DNA of 64,000 nucleotides. Source: Chrysemys picta bellii. Its lineage: Eukaryota. The stretch covers positions 42,656,001-42,720,000 of the forward strand of contig NC_088802.1 of assembly GCF_011386835.1 (NCBI RefSeq), given 5' to 3'. The notes below the pieces were generated by a model that saw only the letters and a program-made list of their open reading frames with translations, did not search any database and was not told where the DNA came from. The position numbers and the translations under genes are program-made. Shown here one piece after another: positions 24,401 through 36,400 of this stretch (position 1 is its first letter; each line of letters opens with the position of its first letter).

Positions 24401-27400
24401 CACACTTTTAGGGCACTTCCACCACTCCACTCCTGGCCTTGGGGTATTCAGACCTGGCATATTAGACTGGGCCTCTCTCCAGCTAGGAGCTCTCTCCCTC
24501 TCCTGACACAGTGTATTCCACACCGGGGCAAACACGACATGAGGAAACATTGCTGCTGACAGGAATTTACCCTGATGTCAATTTCCACCCCCCTCAGCTA
24601 CTGCTACAGCAGACATTTGTATATGAGCAGCAGCCCAAATCCTTCTCCCACTGGAACCTGCCCTGCAGTCATGGTGACCTGCAATCTAACGCCACCAGAG
24701 GGAGCTCATAATTTGAATAAAGGTAGGAAGGCATGAAAGAGGAGGGGGAACCCATTTGGCTGCTTATAGTAGGCTACACTTGGCCCCAGTTTGCATTGGG
24801 TTGGGTTGAGACCATCAGAAGGAGATCTCTTGTATTTGCCCAGTGCGTCCAGTCGCTTCTCTCTCAGGTTTTAAGCTTTTTGGGGCAGGTTCTCTCTTTA
24901 TCTGTGTGTATTAGCTGTGTGGGGTCATATGCCGGCACCCATTGCCCTATTATCTGAATGGCAGTAGGCACATTGCAGGTGTTTCAAAACAAATTAATAA
25001 ATCCCACGGAAATCAGGTTGATGCCACAAATTCAGCACAGGACACGTCAGCAGACTGAGCCAGAGCAGAAGGACTGGCTGAGCCCCTGAGGGGGACATCT
25101 CCAACGGCCCTGACTAGTCAGAAATATAGCAAGGGAAACTTTATATAAAACCCATAAAGGGCTAAGTAATTGAATGGTAAATAAGGGTTGTACTGAGTTT
25201 CTCCAATGGGAAAGCGTCTCTCCCCTTGCAGGGGGTCTGAAGATGAATCATTTTTCCTAGCACCAGCCTGGCAGCAACTTGAGGCTTCTCCAGATAAGAG
25301 TAGGGTTACCATACATCCGGATTTTCCCGGACATGTCCGGCTTTTTGGGCTCCAAATCCCCGTCCGGGGGGAAATCCCCAAAAGCCGGACATGTCCAGGA
25401 AAATCGGGACATGCGGGGCCGGCGGTGCTGGGCCAGGGGCGCCGGGGGCCGGTGGTGCCGAGCGCCAGGGACCGGCGGTGCCAGGGGCCGGTGGTGCCGA
25501 GCGCCGGGGGCCGGCGGTGCCGGGGACCGGCGGCCAGCGGTGCCGAGCGCTGGGGGCCAGCGGGGCCGGGGGGTGCTGAGCGGGCCGGGGGTGCTCGGCC
25601 GGGGGCCCGGGGGCCAGGCTGGGGGCCGGGGGGTGCTGAGCGGGCCGGGGGTGCTCGGCCGGGGGCCGGGCCCGGGGCCGGCACCCCAGGGCCCGAGCCG
25701 ACCCAGGCTGCAGACGCCGGGGGGAGCCAGACTGGGCCGCGCCTCCTCCCCCCACGCCCCCCTTACCTGCTTCAGGCTTCCCGCGAATCAAATGTTCGCG
25801 GGAAGCAGGGGAGGGGGCGGAGTTGGGGCGGGGCCCCGTGGAGTGTCCTCCTTTTGGAGGCTCAAAATATGGTAACCCTAGATAAGAGGGGGTTAAATCA
25901 CAGGTGATAGAATCATAAAACTGTAGGACTGGAAGGGACCTAGAGAAGTCAAGTCCAGTCCCCTGTGCAGAGGCAGGATCAAATAACCCTAGACCATCCC
26001 TGACAGGTGTTTGTCCAACCTGTTCTTAAAAACCTCCAGCGGTGGGAATGACAAAGGCAGAATGGAACTGGAGGGGGAGTTCAGCAGCCCCGTATCAGCC
26101 GGGGTCACAACCAAGAGAGGGCGCCTCAGTACAAAGGCGAGAATGGTCCCTTCCCTCAAACTCTAAGGCTATGTCTACACTTAAAATGCTGCAGCTGCAC
26201 CGCTGTAGCGCTGTCGTGTAGACACTGGCTAAAGCAATGGACGGTGTTCTTCCGTCATTGGAGTGACTTCATCTCTCTCAGAAACAGTAGCTAGGTGGAC
26301 GGAAGAATTTTTCCATCGACCTAGCGATATCTACGCTGGGGCTTAGATCAGCTTAACTATGTCATACATGGTGCGAACATTTTCACAGCCCTGAGCACTG
26401 TAGTTAGGTCAACCTAACTTTGTAGGGTAGACCTGGCCTTAGGCACATAGGTTTGTTCTATCCAATCAGACCACCGGTCTGGCACCCAGCAACACCCAAC
26501 ACCTGATACCTCAGAGCAAGGCAAAAAGATATCTATGTCCATTGTGAGAGGCAACATGGTCTCATCATGAGAGAACTGATCACGGTTCTGTTCCCACCTC
26601 CATCACCAAATCTTACCATGACCTTGGGCAAGTCCCTTCCCCACTCTGTGGCTTGGTTTTCCCCTCTACAAAAATGGCTCCAATAATACCTGCCCACCTT
26701 CACACAGTGCTTTGAACTCCTGAGATGATAGATGCTGTAGACGTGCTAAGCAAACATGCCCAGCAATCATGCAGTGATGCAAGGAGGGCGGGGGAAAGCT
26801 CCCAATTGACCCCCAACTCTGAACTTTGGTGGATCAGATAAAGAGAGAGAGACCAAGATCGAAACTACTCCTGATTTTGCAAACTCAAAGTTTGACTGGT
26901 GAAGTTTTGCCCTTCTCCCCTAACCTCTTCCCGCACTTCTCAACAGGCCTTGCCATGTCAATTCTCACTGGGACTTTCCAGGTACATCATTATCTCTAAC
27001 TCAGGGCTTCTCAAACTTCATTGCACCGTGACCCCCTTCTGACAACAAAGTTACTACATGACTCCGGGATGGGGGCGGAGACCGAGCCCTGATGCCTCGG
27101 GTGGGAGGAGAGGGGGCCGCAGCCCAAGCCCAGCCATCCCAGCTGGGGATGGAGTTCAGGCTTCAGCCCTGGGTCCCAGCAAGTCTAATGCTGATCCCGG
27201 CGTCCCCATTAAAATGGAGTCGCGACCCACTTTGGGGTCCTGACCCACAGTTTGAGAATCGTTGCTAGCTAACTAAAATGTAGCACCATCCCGCTTGGTT
27301 CTCCCTTCCCGGGTTGCTAGGGAAAGGTCTAATAATGTCCAGTTCAAGGAGAGATCTTTTAACATGCTGTAATTGTCTGATCTATTGAGTATGTTGAGCC

Positions 27401-30400
27401 TTTAATTGCCCTAGGAACAATCAAGTCATTAAGGGTACTTGTCCCATCCTGGCTAGGAGGAAAGCGGATACTAATCTAATTATGGGTGAGGCTAGGATTG
27501 AATCCTCAAAATGGCAGAGCTGAGTAAGGGCTGGTCTACATACAGAGAAATTGACCAGCATAGCCGTAGCAGAATAATTACTCCACTTCAGCTATGCCAG
27601 TGTAACTCCTCTGTGCGGATGTTCTGTTTATTCCAGAATAAAAGTGATTCTTTCGGAATAATTATTTTGGTATAGCTAGGCTGATCAATTTCCCCACGTA
27701 GACAAAGTCATAGAATCATAGACTTTAAGGTCAGAAGGGACCATTATGATCCTCTAGTCTGACCTCCTGCACAACGCAGGCCACAGAATCTCACCCACCC
27801 ACTCCTGTATCAAACCCCTAACCTATGTCTGAGCTATTGAAGTCCTCAAATCGTGGTTTAAAGACTTCAAGGTTCAGAGAATCCTCCAGCAAGTGACCCA
27901 TGTCTTAATTAAGTCTTTAATCAGCACTGCCTTTTATTGCTTCTAAATGTACTGCCATTCCGTTTCTTCAGGTGCTTTGTTTTATTCCACGAAGGGTAAA
28001 GAGAGGCTCCCTTGATCCAGCCCACATCTCCCCAATCCTTTTTAGCCCACAGAAGATTATAGGCCCAGGCAAAAGCAGGTTAACCCCTATTGTAGAAAGC
28101 TGTTTTCCAGTGTTGCCAACTCTCATGATTTTATTATGAGTCTCATGATCATTATTGTTTTCCTTAAAGCCCCAGCTCCTGGAGTCAAGTGGAGATGTGA
28201 TGATTCCAGCCTTCATTCTTAAAGAAAGAGTAAGTTACTTTTGTGGCTGTGCAGAAAGCTTCAAAGCGTGACCCCAGTGGACCCTAAGGGCTCAAAAAGC
28301 AGAAGGTGAATAAAAAACACCAAAAATCTATTATTTTTACATAATCTCATGGTTTTTGTTGAGCCTGACTCATGATTTTTGAACATTTGGGGTTGGAAAT
28401 ACTGGTTTTTTTAGATAGGTGGAGCCATAGGGCCTCGGTGTTTAGACGACCCATATAAAAACAAGAGTCCCAATAACACGGCTTTTTCCAAGAGGCAATG
28501 GAACCTGAATGATGGGAGAGGGAGGAGAAGTGACCAAGCCTCTCCAAACAGAAAGACACGTTCCTTGGGTCAAGAGTGAGAGGGGCCCAGACAGTGCCGA
28601 GGACAGCCAAGTTCCAAACCGCAACCCTGTGCCACCTCCGGGAGGGGCAATCCAGGAGGGAAGCACAGAGCTCATCATCTTACCTGTTTCCTGTTGGGTC
28701 CCCAGCACCAGGCTGATCAGAGACAGGTGTCTCTCCCTCACCTCTGGAGCAGCTTGCTCCACCCCTTCACTCACCTGATTCAGGTAAAAGTAAGTCTCTG
28801 CCTCATGCAGGAAAAGCTTCTCTTTCTGCTCCACTGGCAGCCCCACCAGCAGCTCATAAAACACGTGGTAGTTCCTCTCGCCATGGGCCTGAAAGGAGAT
28901 CGCTCACACTGTGGGCCAAACGTCTCACTCCACCACCCCATCGCATCAGAGCTAAGGGAAGTCAAAATTTCATCAGACAAATCCCCCAAAGTACGGAACC
29001 CATGCGAACCTCTGGGCTTTGCAAAGCCAGGCTGCAGACTGCAAAAGAACAGGCTCATTTTGAAGTTTCCATCCAGTGCTTCCTATAACCAGGATAGAAA
29101 CAAACACCCCCTTCACAGGGCTCCCACGGCTGGTCCTTGCACACCCGAGCAGAGCAGGGGGAGAGAAAAATTAATGGAACTTTTAATAAACTTTAAGAAG
29201 TGTAGTTCAAGCTGCTGGGGATAAAGGGAGCTCTTATTTATCCATACTCGGTTCTCCTATCCCTACTGCAAATCTGAGCCAAATAATTCCTGTTAACTTC
29301 AGTAGGCCAGATTTTCAGCTGGTATAAATCAATGTGGTTTATGGACATCCGTGGAGCTACCCTGTTGAACACCAGCTGTATATGGTTGCCAACCCTCCAG
29401 GATTGGCCTGGAGTCTCCAGGAATTAAAGAATTAATCTTTAATTAAAGACTATGTCATGTGATTAAATCTCCAGGAATACATCCAACCAAAACTGGCAAC
29501 CCTAGCTGTGAACCTGGCCCAAAGGGGTTAGACCGATGTTAAGTCAGGGCACATTTTGTCCTTGTAGCTTCATCTAAGGAAAAATATACCCAAGTGGAGA
29601 ATTTATTACTAATCATGCATTTCTCGTGGGAGAGAAACACAGGGGAAAAAAGCTTTCCAAAGAATGATAGAAACACTTTGACCAGCTTCTAGACATCTTT
29701 CTGGAGCTACTCTTGTTCCCAGATCTGTCTCCAAAGCAGTTTAACGCAACACCTGCATGCCAGAACATTACTTGAAACAATGTTATGCTGCCCAGTAGGA
29801 ACACAACAGTTTACATGGACTTTAGCTTAGCCCATGTGCATATGGGATGGCTTCCACCTTGGCCAACACACCAGAGACTGAACTGGGGATTTGAAGATCT
29901 AAAAACATGAGCTGCTACAGCTTGAGATAGAGAGCCATGGCTCTGCAGCTGGACATAGTAACAACTCTCATCCTCCGGGGAGTGATAGAGGGGGACTTGT
30001 AACACACCCCTCATACATATTAGATTGCAAACCCTTTCGGTTAATATTAGGGTTGTCGATTAATCACAGTTGACTCACGCGATTAACTCAAAAAAATTAA
30101 TCACCATTAAAAAAATTAATGGTGATTAATTGCAGTTTTTAATCGCACTGTTAAACAATAGAATACCAATTGAAATTTATTACATATTTTGGATGTTTTT
30201 CTACATTTTCATATACACCTCTACCTCGATATAACGCTGTCCTCGGGAGCCAAAAAATCTTACCGCGTTATAGGTGAAACCGTGTTACATTGAACTTGCT
30301 TTGATCCACCGGAGTGCGCAGTCCCGCCCCCCCCGGAGCACTGCTTTACCGCGTTATATCCGAATTCGTGTTATATCGGGACGCGTTATATTGGGGTAGA

Positions 30401-33400
30401 GGTGTACATTGTATTCTGTGTTGTAATTGAAATCGAAGTATATGTTATTTTTTATGAAAAATATTTGCACTGTAAAAATGATAAAAGAAATAGTATTTTT
30501 CAATTCACCTTATACGAGTACAGTAATACACTCTCTGTCATGAAAGTGCAACTTACAAATGCAGATTTTTTTTTGTTTTGTTACATAACTACACTCAAAA
30601 ACAATGTAAAACTTTAGAGCTACAAGTCCACTCAGTCCTACTTCTTGTTCAGCCAATTGCTAAGACAAACAAGTTTGTTTACATTTTCAGGAGATAATGC
30701 TGCCCTTTTCTTATTTACAATGTCACCAGAAAGTGAGAACAGGCATTTGCATGGCATTTTTGTAGCCAGCATTGCAAGGTATTTACATGGCAGATATGCT
30801 AAACATTCGTATGTCCCTTCATGCTTCGGCCATCATTCCAGAGGACATGCTTCCATCCTGATGATGCTCATTAAAAAAATAATGCGTTAATTAAATTTGT
30901 GACTGAACTCCTTGAGGAGAATTGTATGTCTCCTGCTCTTTGTTTTACCCATATTCTGCCATATATTTCATGTTCTAGCAGTCTCGGATGATGACCCAGC
31001 ACATGTTGTTCATTTTAAGAACAATTTCACTGCAGATTTGACAAAACGCAAAGAAGGTACCAATGTGAGATTTCTAAAGATAGCTACAGCACTTGACCCA
31101 AGGTTTAAGAATCTGAAGTGCCTTCCAAAATCTGAGAGGGATGAGGTGTGCAGCATGATTTCAGAAGTCTTAAAAGAGACTAACACGGCTACCACTCTTA
31201 AAAGAGCAACACTCCGATGTGGAAACTACAGAACCCGAACCACCAAAAAAGAAAATCAACCTTGTGCTGGTGGCATATGACTCAGATAATCGGTCCACAT
31301 TGCTTTGGATTGTTATCAAGCAGAACCCGTCATCAGCATGGATGCACGTCCTCTGGAATGGTGGTTGAAGCATGAAGGGACATATGAATCTTTAGCACAT
31401 CTGGGATATAAAAATCTTGCGACGCCGGCTACAACAGTGCCATGAGAATGCCTGTCCTCGCTTTCAGATGACATTGTGAACAAAAAATGGGAGCATTATC
31501 TCCTGCAAATGTAAACAAATTTGTTTGTCTGAGTGATTGGCTGAACAAGAAGTAGGAGTGAGTGGACTTGCAGACTCTAGAATTTTACATTGTTTTATTT
31601 TTGAATGCAGGTTTTTTTTTACATAATTTTACATTTGTAAGTTCAACTTTCATGATAAAGAGATTGCACTACAGTACTTATATTAGGTGAATTGAAAAAT
31701 ACTATTTCTTTTGGTTTTTTTACAGTGCAAATACTTGTAATCAAAAATAAAGTGAGCACTGTACACTTTGTATTCAGTGTTGTAATTGAAATCAATATAT
31801 TTGAAAATGTAGAAAACATCCAAAAATATTTAAATAAATGGTATTCTATTATTAACAGTGCGATTAAATTTTTTAATCGTTTGACAGCCCTTGTTAATAC
31901 ACTAATATGACACTATAGAAATAAACAATAGTTATTGGATTAATGCATTGTGCAGATCCCATGTCAAACAGACAGCAGCGAGATCATTTCTTTCCCGCAG
32001 TTTAGAAATTGTCTGGCAATGGTAATGATGGGTTTAATCAAGTCAGTCATTTAAAATCACCTAATTAGATTTGGGTTTACTGAGAACATGCGGAAAGTGC
32101 TGTAATAGTTGGACATTTAAAAAACACACTACAGCTGAGTGAAGTGTTTGTGAGGCCTGTGATCTATCTTACCATATTAAAAAAACCTGATAGAGGGCTT
32201 GGATGGAGCAGTAGAATGGGGGCAAGGCCATCTGGGTTAGTCCATCATCTCTGGGCACCTATGCTCCCAAGGCAATAAGCTCAAGAGTGTCTGAACCCAG
32301 GTCCTGATGGATATTTGTCCATTTCACAAAAGCACCATACAGTTTATCCCAGCTGGCAGCATCTGCTCAGGGGAGGCCCAGGACTGGCCCAGCAGGAAAT
32401 GCTGCAGGGCAGCAGAGTGGTGCATGGAGGGCTCCACCATAGGATTCAGCCCATGTAGGTGACACATGAGACTAACGCTAACCCAAAACTCTGCTACTGT
32501 CCACTAGGACTGAGGGTCTGCCTCTTGCCATCTGACTAGAGAAGCTGCAGGAATTCCTTGCACTTGTTAATTAACATAGACCCTAACACACAAACACAGC
32601 CTAGACATGCAGAGATTCTGACCTGTTTGGGGAAGTGGGGGTGGTTGGTTCTTACCTGAAACACAACACGGGACTTTTCCAGAAGGTACTGGGAGATGGA
32701 CGTACCCACCACGACTCCCCTGTGTGTGCGAGAGAGAGGGAGAGATGGGGGGAGGGGTTCTGTGAGAGAGGACTGAGGGTTTGCTGGAGACCCAGCTATA
32801 CTCTGTACAGGGGCCAGGCAGAGGGAGTCCTTACCTAGAGCTACAAATCCAAGACGCAAAATTTGGATCTGAATTTCAAAGCCCATCGACACCAAAAGTT
32901 TAGGTCTTCAGAGCTGGGATCTTGGAGCAGCTCCATTATAGAGAAAGGAGCTGGCTCTAGAATATGCATCTGGATCCAGTTATAGACTGTGAACAACCTC
33001 CCCAAATTCAGGGGCACTTGGATCTCCCTTCTCTACACACAGCAAACCCCAAAGATCCCCACTGAGCAATCCCCAAAATGGTCCCAGGTGTAACCTGTGC
33101 ATGTTCCCTAAGCATTCTCCACACGTCTGTGCTCATTGTTTCTTTGTGCTCCCTTGTCTGTCTACATCCACCCGTCGTCTCTTGTCTTGTACTTAAATTG
33201 TAAGCTCTTTGGGGCAGAGACCAGCTTTTTGTCCTGTGTTTGTACAGCACCTACCACAGTGGGGTCCTGATCCATGACTGGCTCCTACGTGCTATTGCAA
33301 TAATAACAACGTGCTGTAGGGCCTGGAGTTTGGGAGAGACCTAAACATTACATGGGAGTTATGCTGTAGGGATGGTTTTATTACAGACCTTTACTTAGTA

Positions 33401-36400
33401 AAATATTTGCCATGTCAAAGTCATAGCTTCTAAGTTGACTCCTTCCCAGTTCCCACCACATGTACCCCAGGGCCCTCCCCAAGGAGGAGGGTCTGCAGCA
33501 GCTACCCAGCTGGCAATGCAATGGTGGAGCTTTTCTTGGAACACGGTGACACCAATATGACTGAGCAACATGGTAGGTGTGGATAAGTCAGGAGTTCTCA
33601 CACTTCATTGCACTGCGACCCCCTTCTGACAACAAAAATTACTTCATGATCCCAGGAGGGGGGACCGAAGCCTGAGCCCGCCCGAGCCCCACTGCGTTGT
33701 CACTGGTTCAAGCCCACGATACAGCTCCAGTTAAGATTGTTCAGTCCTCTCTGCACTGCAAGACTGAGCCATGATAGAACCTCACTAGCTTCTACTGTGT
33801 TGTAACTGGTCTCAAACACGGTAACTTGTCACGCTGAAACAGACAGAGGTCCAGCAGATAGGGCACACTGGACTGGGAGTCAGGAGACCTGGGTTCTTGC
33901 TCTGCAACTGACCTGCTGTGTGACTTGGGCAAGTCTGTTAATCTCTGTATGCTTCTGTTTTCCCTCCCCCCTTCTGTCTGTCTCATCCATTTGGACTGTA
34001 AGCTCTTTGGGACAGGGACTCTCTTTCCCCGGGTGTATGTACAATACCTAGCACAATGGAGCCCTGATCTCAGTGCTATTGTAATAAGGAGAGCACAGTA
34101 GATGGGGGCTTGGTGGTTTCAATCAGGGAAATCTTGCAGGTTTCATGTGTTCTTTTGTAGACAAAACTCAAAAGCAAACCCAGGGGTGCAAACTGACCCC
34201 CCCCATAGAAAGTGTGGGGGGAAGGAGGGCTGTTGTTGCATAACCCCCCTGTACAACTCACTTCCCAGCAGATTAGCACTGGATCTGTTCCTGTGCATGC
34301 CCGGCTCATTCTCCTCCCGCTCCAGCATGCATCACTGCACAGCTGGCTAACGGCAGCGCCCTTTGACTCACTGTCTCAGGTGGACGTGCAGAAACTTCCC
34401 AAAGCGGCTCGAGTTGTCGTTGAGGATGGTTTTAGCATTCCCAAAGCTCTCCAGGATGGGCAGTATGTCACAGGGCTGGAGAGGGCGGAGGATACAAGAC
34501 CTTATGTTAAACACACCAGATAACACTGTGACATTGCCCAGAGACCAGGGCCCCATAGTGGCAGGTACCCTACAAACATAGAACAAGGGGATGGTCCTTG
34601 TCACAAAGGGCTTTGGTCTGAAAGACATGACCAGAGACACAAGGTGAATCCAACAGCCAGCCAGGGGATACAACTCCAGGGAGCAGTAACACGATACAGA
34701 GCCTCTAGCACTAGGTTGCTAGCTGGACCCAAACCCAGGCTGGCAGTGACTGATAGTTGTTCCTACCTCACTGCTGCCCAGTGACCTAAGCATGACCTAC
34801 GTTGCTTTTCAGTTGCTAAGTTCCTAACAGGTGAGGTGCTCGCTTCACAAAAAACGTCTCTGCCATAACTGGGCCCTTTGCTGGCGATTTCAGTAGAGAG
34901 ACGGTTCAGAAGGCTGAACGGGCCTTACAGATGGGCCTTCCAAGCCAGAGGGGAGGTGCAGCCTGGGGAAGCTTGTGCTGCTTCTACCACTGCCTGTTCT
35001 GTGAACAATCGACGTAGGGTTTTAAAGCTGCGCACCAAGCACCCAAGAGCAGTGAATTCACTCAGAGCCCTTATACATTCAAGGAGGTTTTCAAAGGTGC
35101 CTAAGCCCCACTGACATCACTGGGACTCCGGCTTCTTTCAAATGAGATTCCTGTGGGTCTGCACTCACGTGACCTGAATTCCAAATTGAGATTCAGGTCA
35201 CGTGATCAGTGTAACTATCGATGGCTGTTGCTCATCCATGGGGGAAGTGAAGCTAGAAAATGTTCTCACTGGTTCAAGGCCAGTGCTAGGTGCCCCAGAT
35301 CTTAGCAGGCTCGTGTCTGGCCTTGGACAGCTAGATCAGCTACCTCTGACTGAACCATGTGGCCCCCAGTGCCCCACTTCATGGCGAACATGGCCAGCCA
35401 CACTCTGATGCCAGATCTCACCCCTCTGTCTCCACCTCCAACTTAAGAACAGACATGAACGGTGTGAGCCCCTGCTTTGCTTTTGTCTTTCAGTCCTGGT
35501 CAGCTTGATGTTAGCCACTCCATGCTGACCCATTCTATCCCATGCTCCACTATTCAGTTTCTTATATTGTGCTCATCACCATAGTATCTGAGCACCTCCC
35601 TGTAGTGCCTTACACCACATGACTACAAGCACACATCATGGTGGACAGGCACCGACTCTATGGGTGCTCCAGGGCTGGAGCACCCATGGGTGCTTAGCAC
35701 CCACCAGCAGCCAGCTCCTCCCTCCTAGTGCCTCCCGCCCACTGGCAGCCCTGTCGATCAACTCCTCCCCCTCCCTCCCAGCACCTCCCACCTGCCACGA
35801 TCAGCTGTTCCGGGGCATGCAGGAGGAGCTGGGATGGAGCATGCATGGGGGAGGGGGCGGGACTGGGCAAGGCGGGGGTGGGAAGAGGAGGGGCAGGGGC
35901 AGGAAGGGATGGAGGGGGGCAGAGCCTGGGGCTGAGTGGGGCTTGAATACCCCCTGGGAAAGGAAGAAGCCAGTGCCTGTGTCGCAGTACGTAGAAACAT
36001 TAGCCACCCCTTACCTGCCTGATCCCAGGGCTGTCTTGTCTCTGGTACAAGGTGCTCAGGTACTGCATGATTGATTTGGCAGCTTCTGTTTTACCTGATC
36101 CACTGTGCCCACTGGGGGAGAAAGGGCTAAGGATCAGAGACGGCTATAACGATCGGACTAGCTGTGCCTAGAGTAATTAGGCAAGATCTTCAACTGGGGT
36201 GAGTCAGCATAGCTCTGCCTAAGACAATGATTTACGGCAACTCAGGATCTGGCCCATATTGTTTAAAAGTCTGGCGGCAAGTTAGAAAAATGGGCCCAAG
36301 CAAAAAACCCAGATCCAGAGCCAACCCACGTCCCTTCCCACCTCAGACTGTGGGGAAATGAGCTCAGGCTTATGATGAGCAGCTAAGTTCAAACTACACG

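Noticed and set aside
25118-25907. Four overlapping 160-230 aa Gly/Pro/Arg-rich ORFs
   Set aside because: They lie in a TIR/TSD-bounded GC-rich MITE; stop-poor repeat sequence
30912-31280. 122-aa ORF as a domesticated ZBED-type gene
   Set aside because: Only a C-terminal transposase fragment, followed by a frameshift and an in-frame stop, inside a TSD-flanked element
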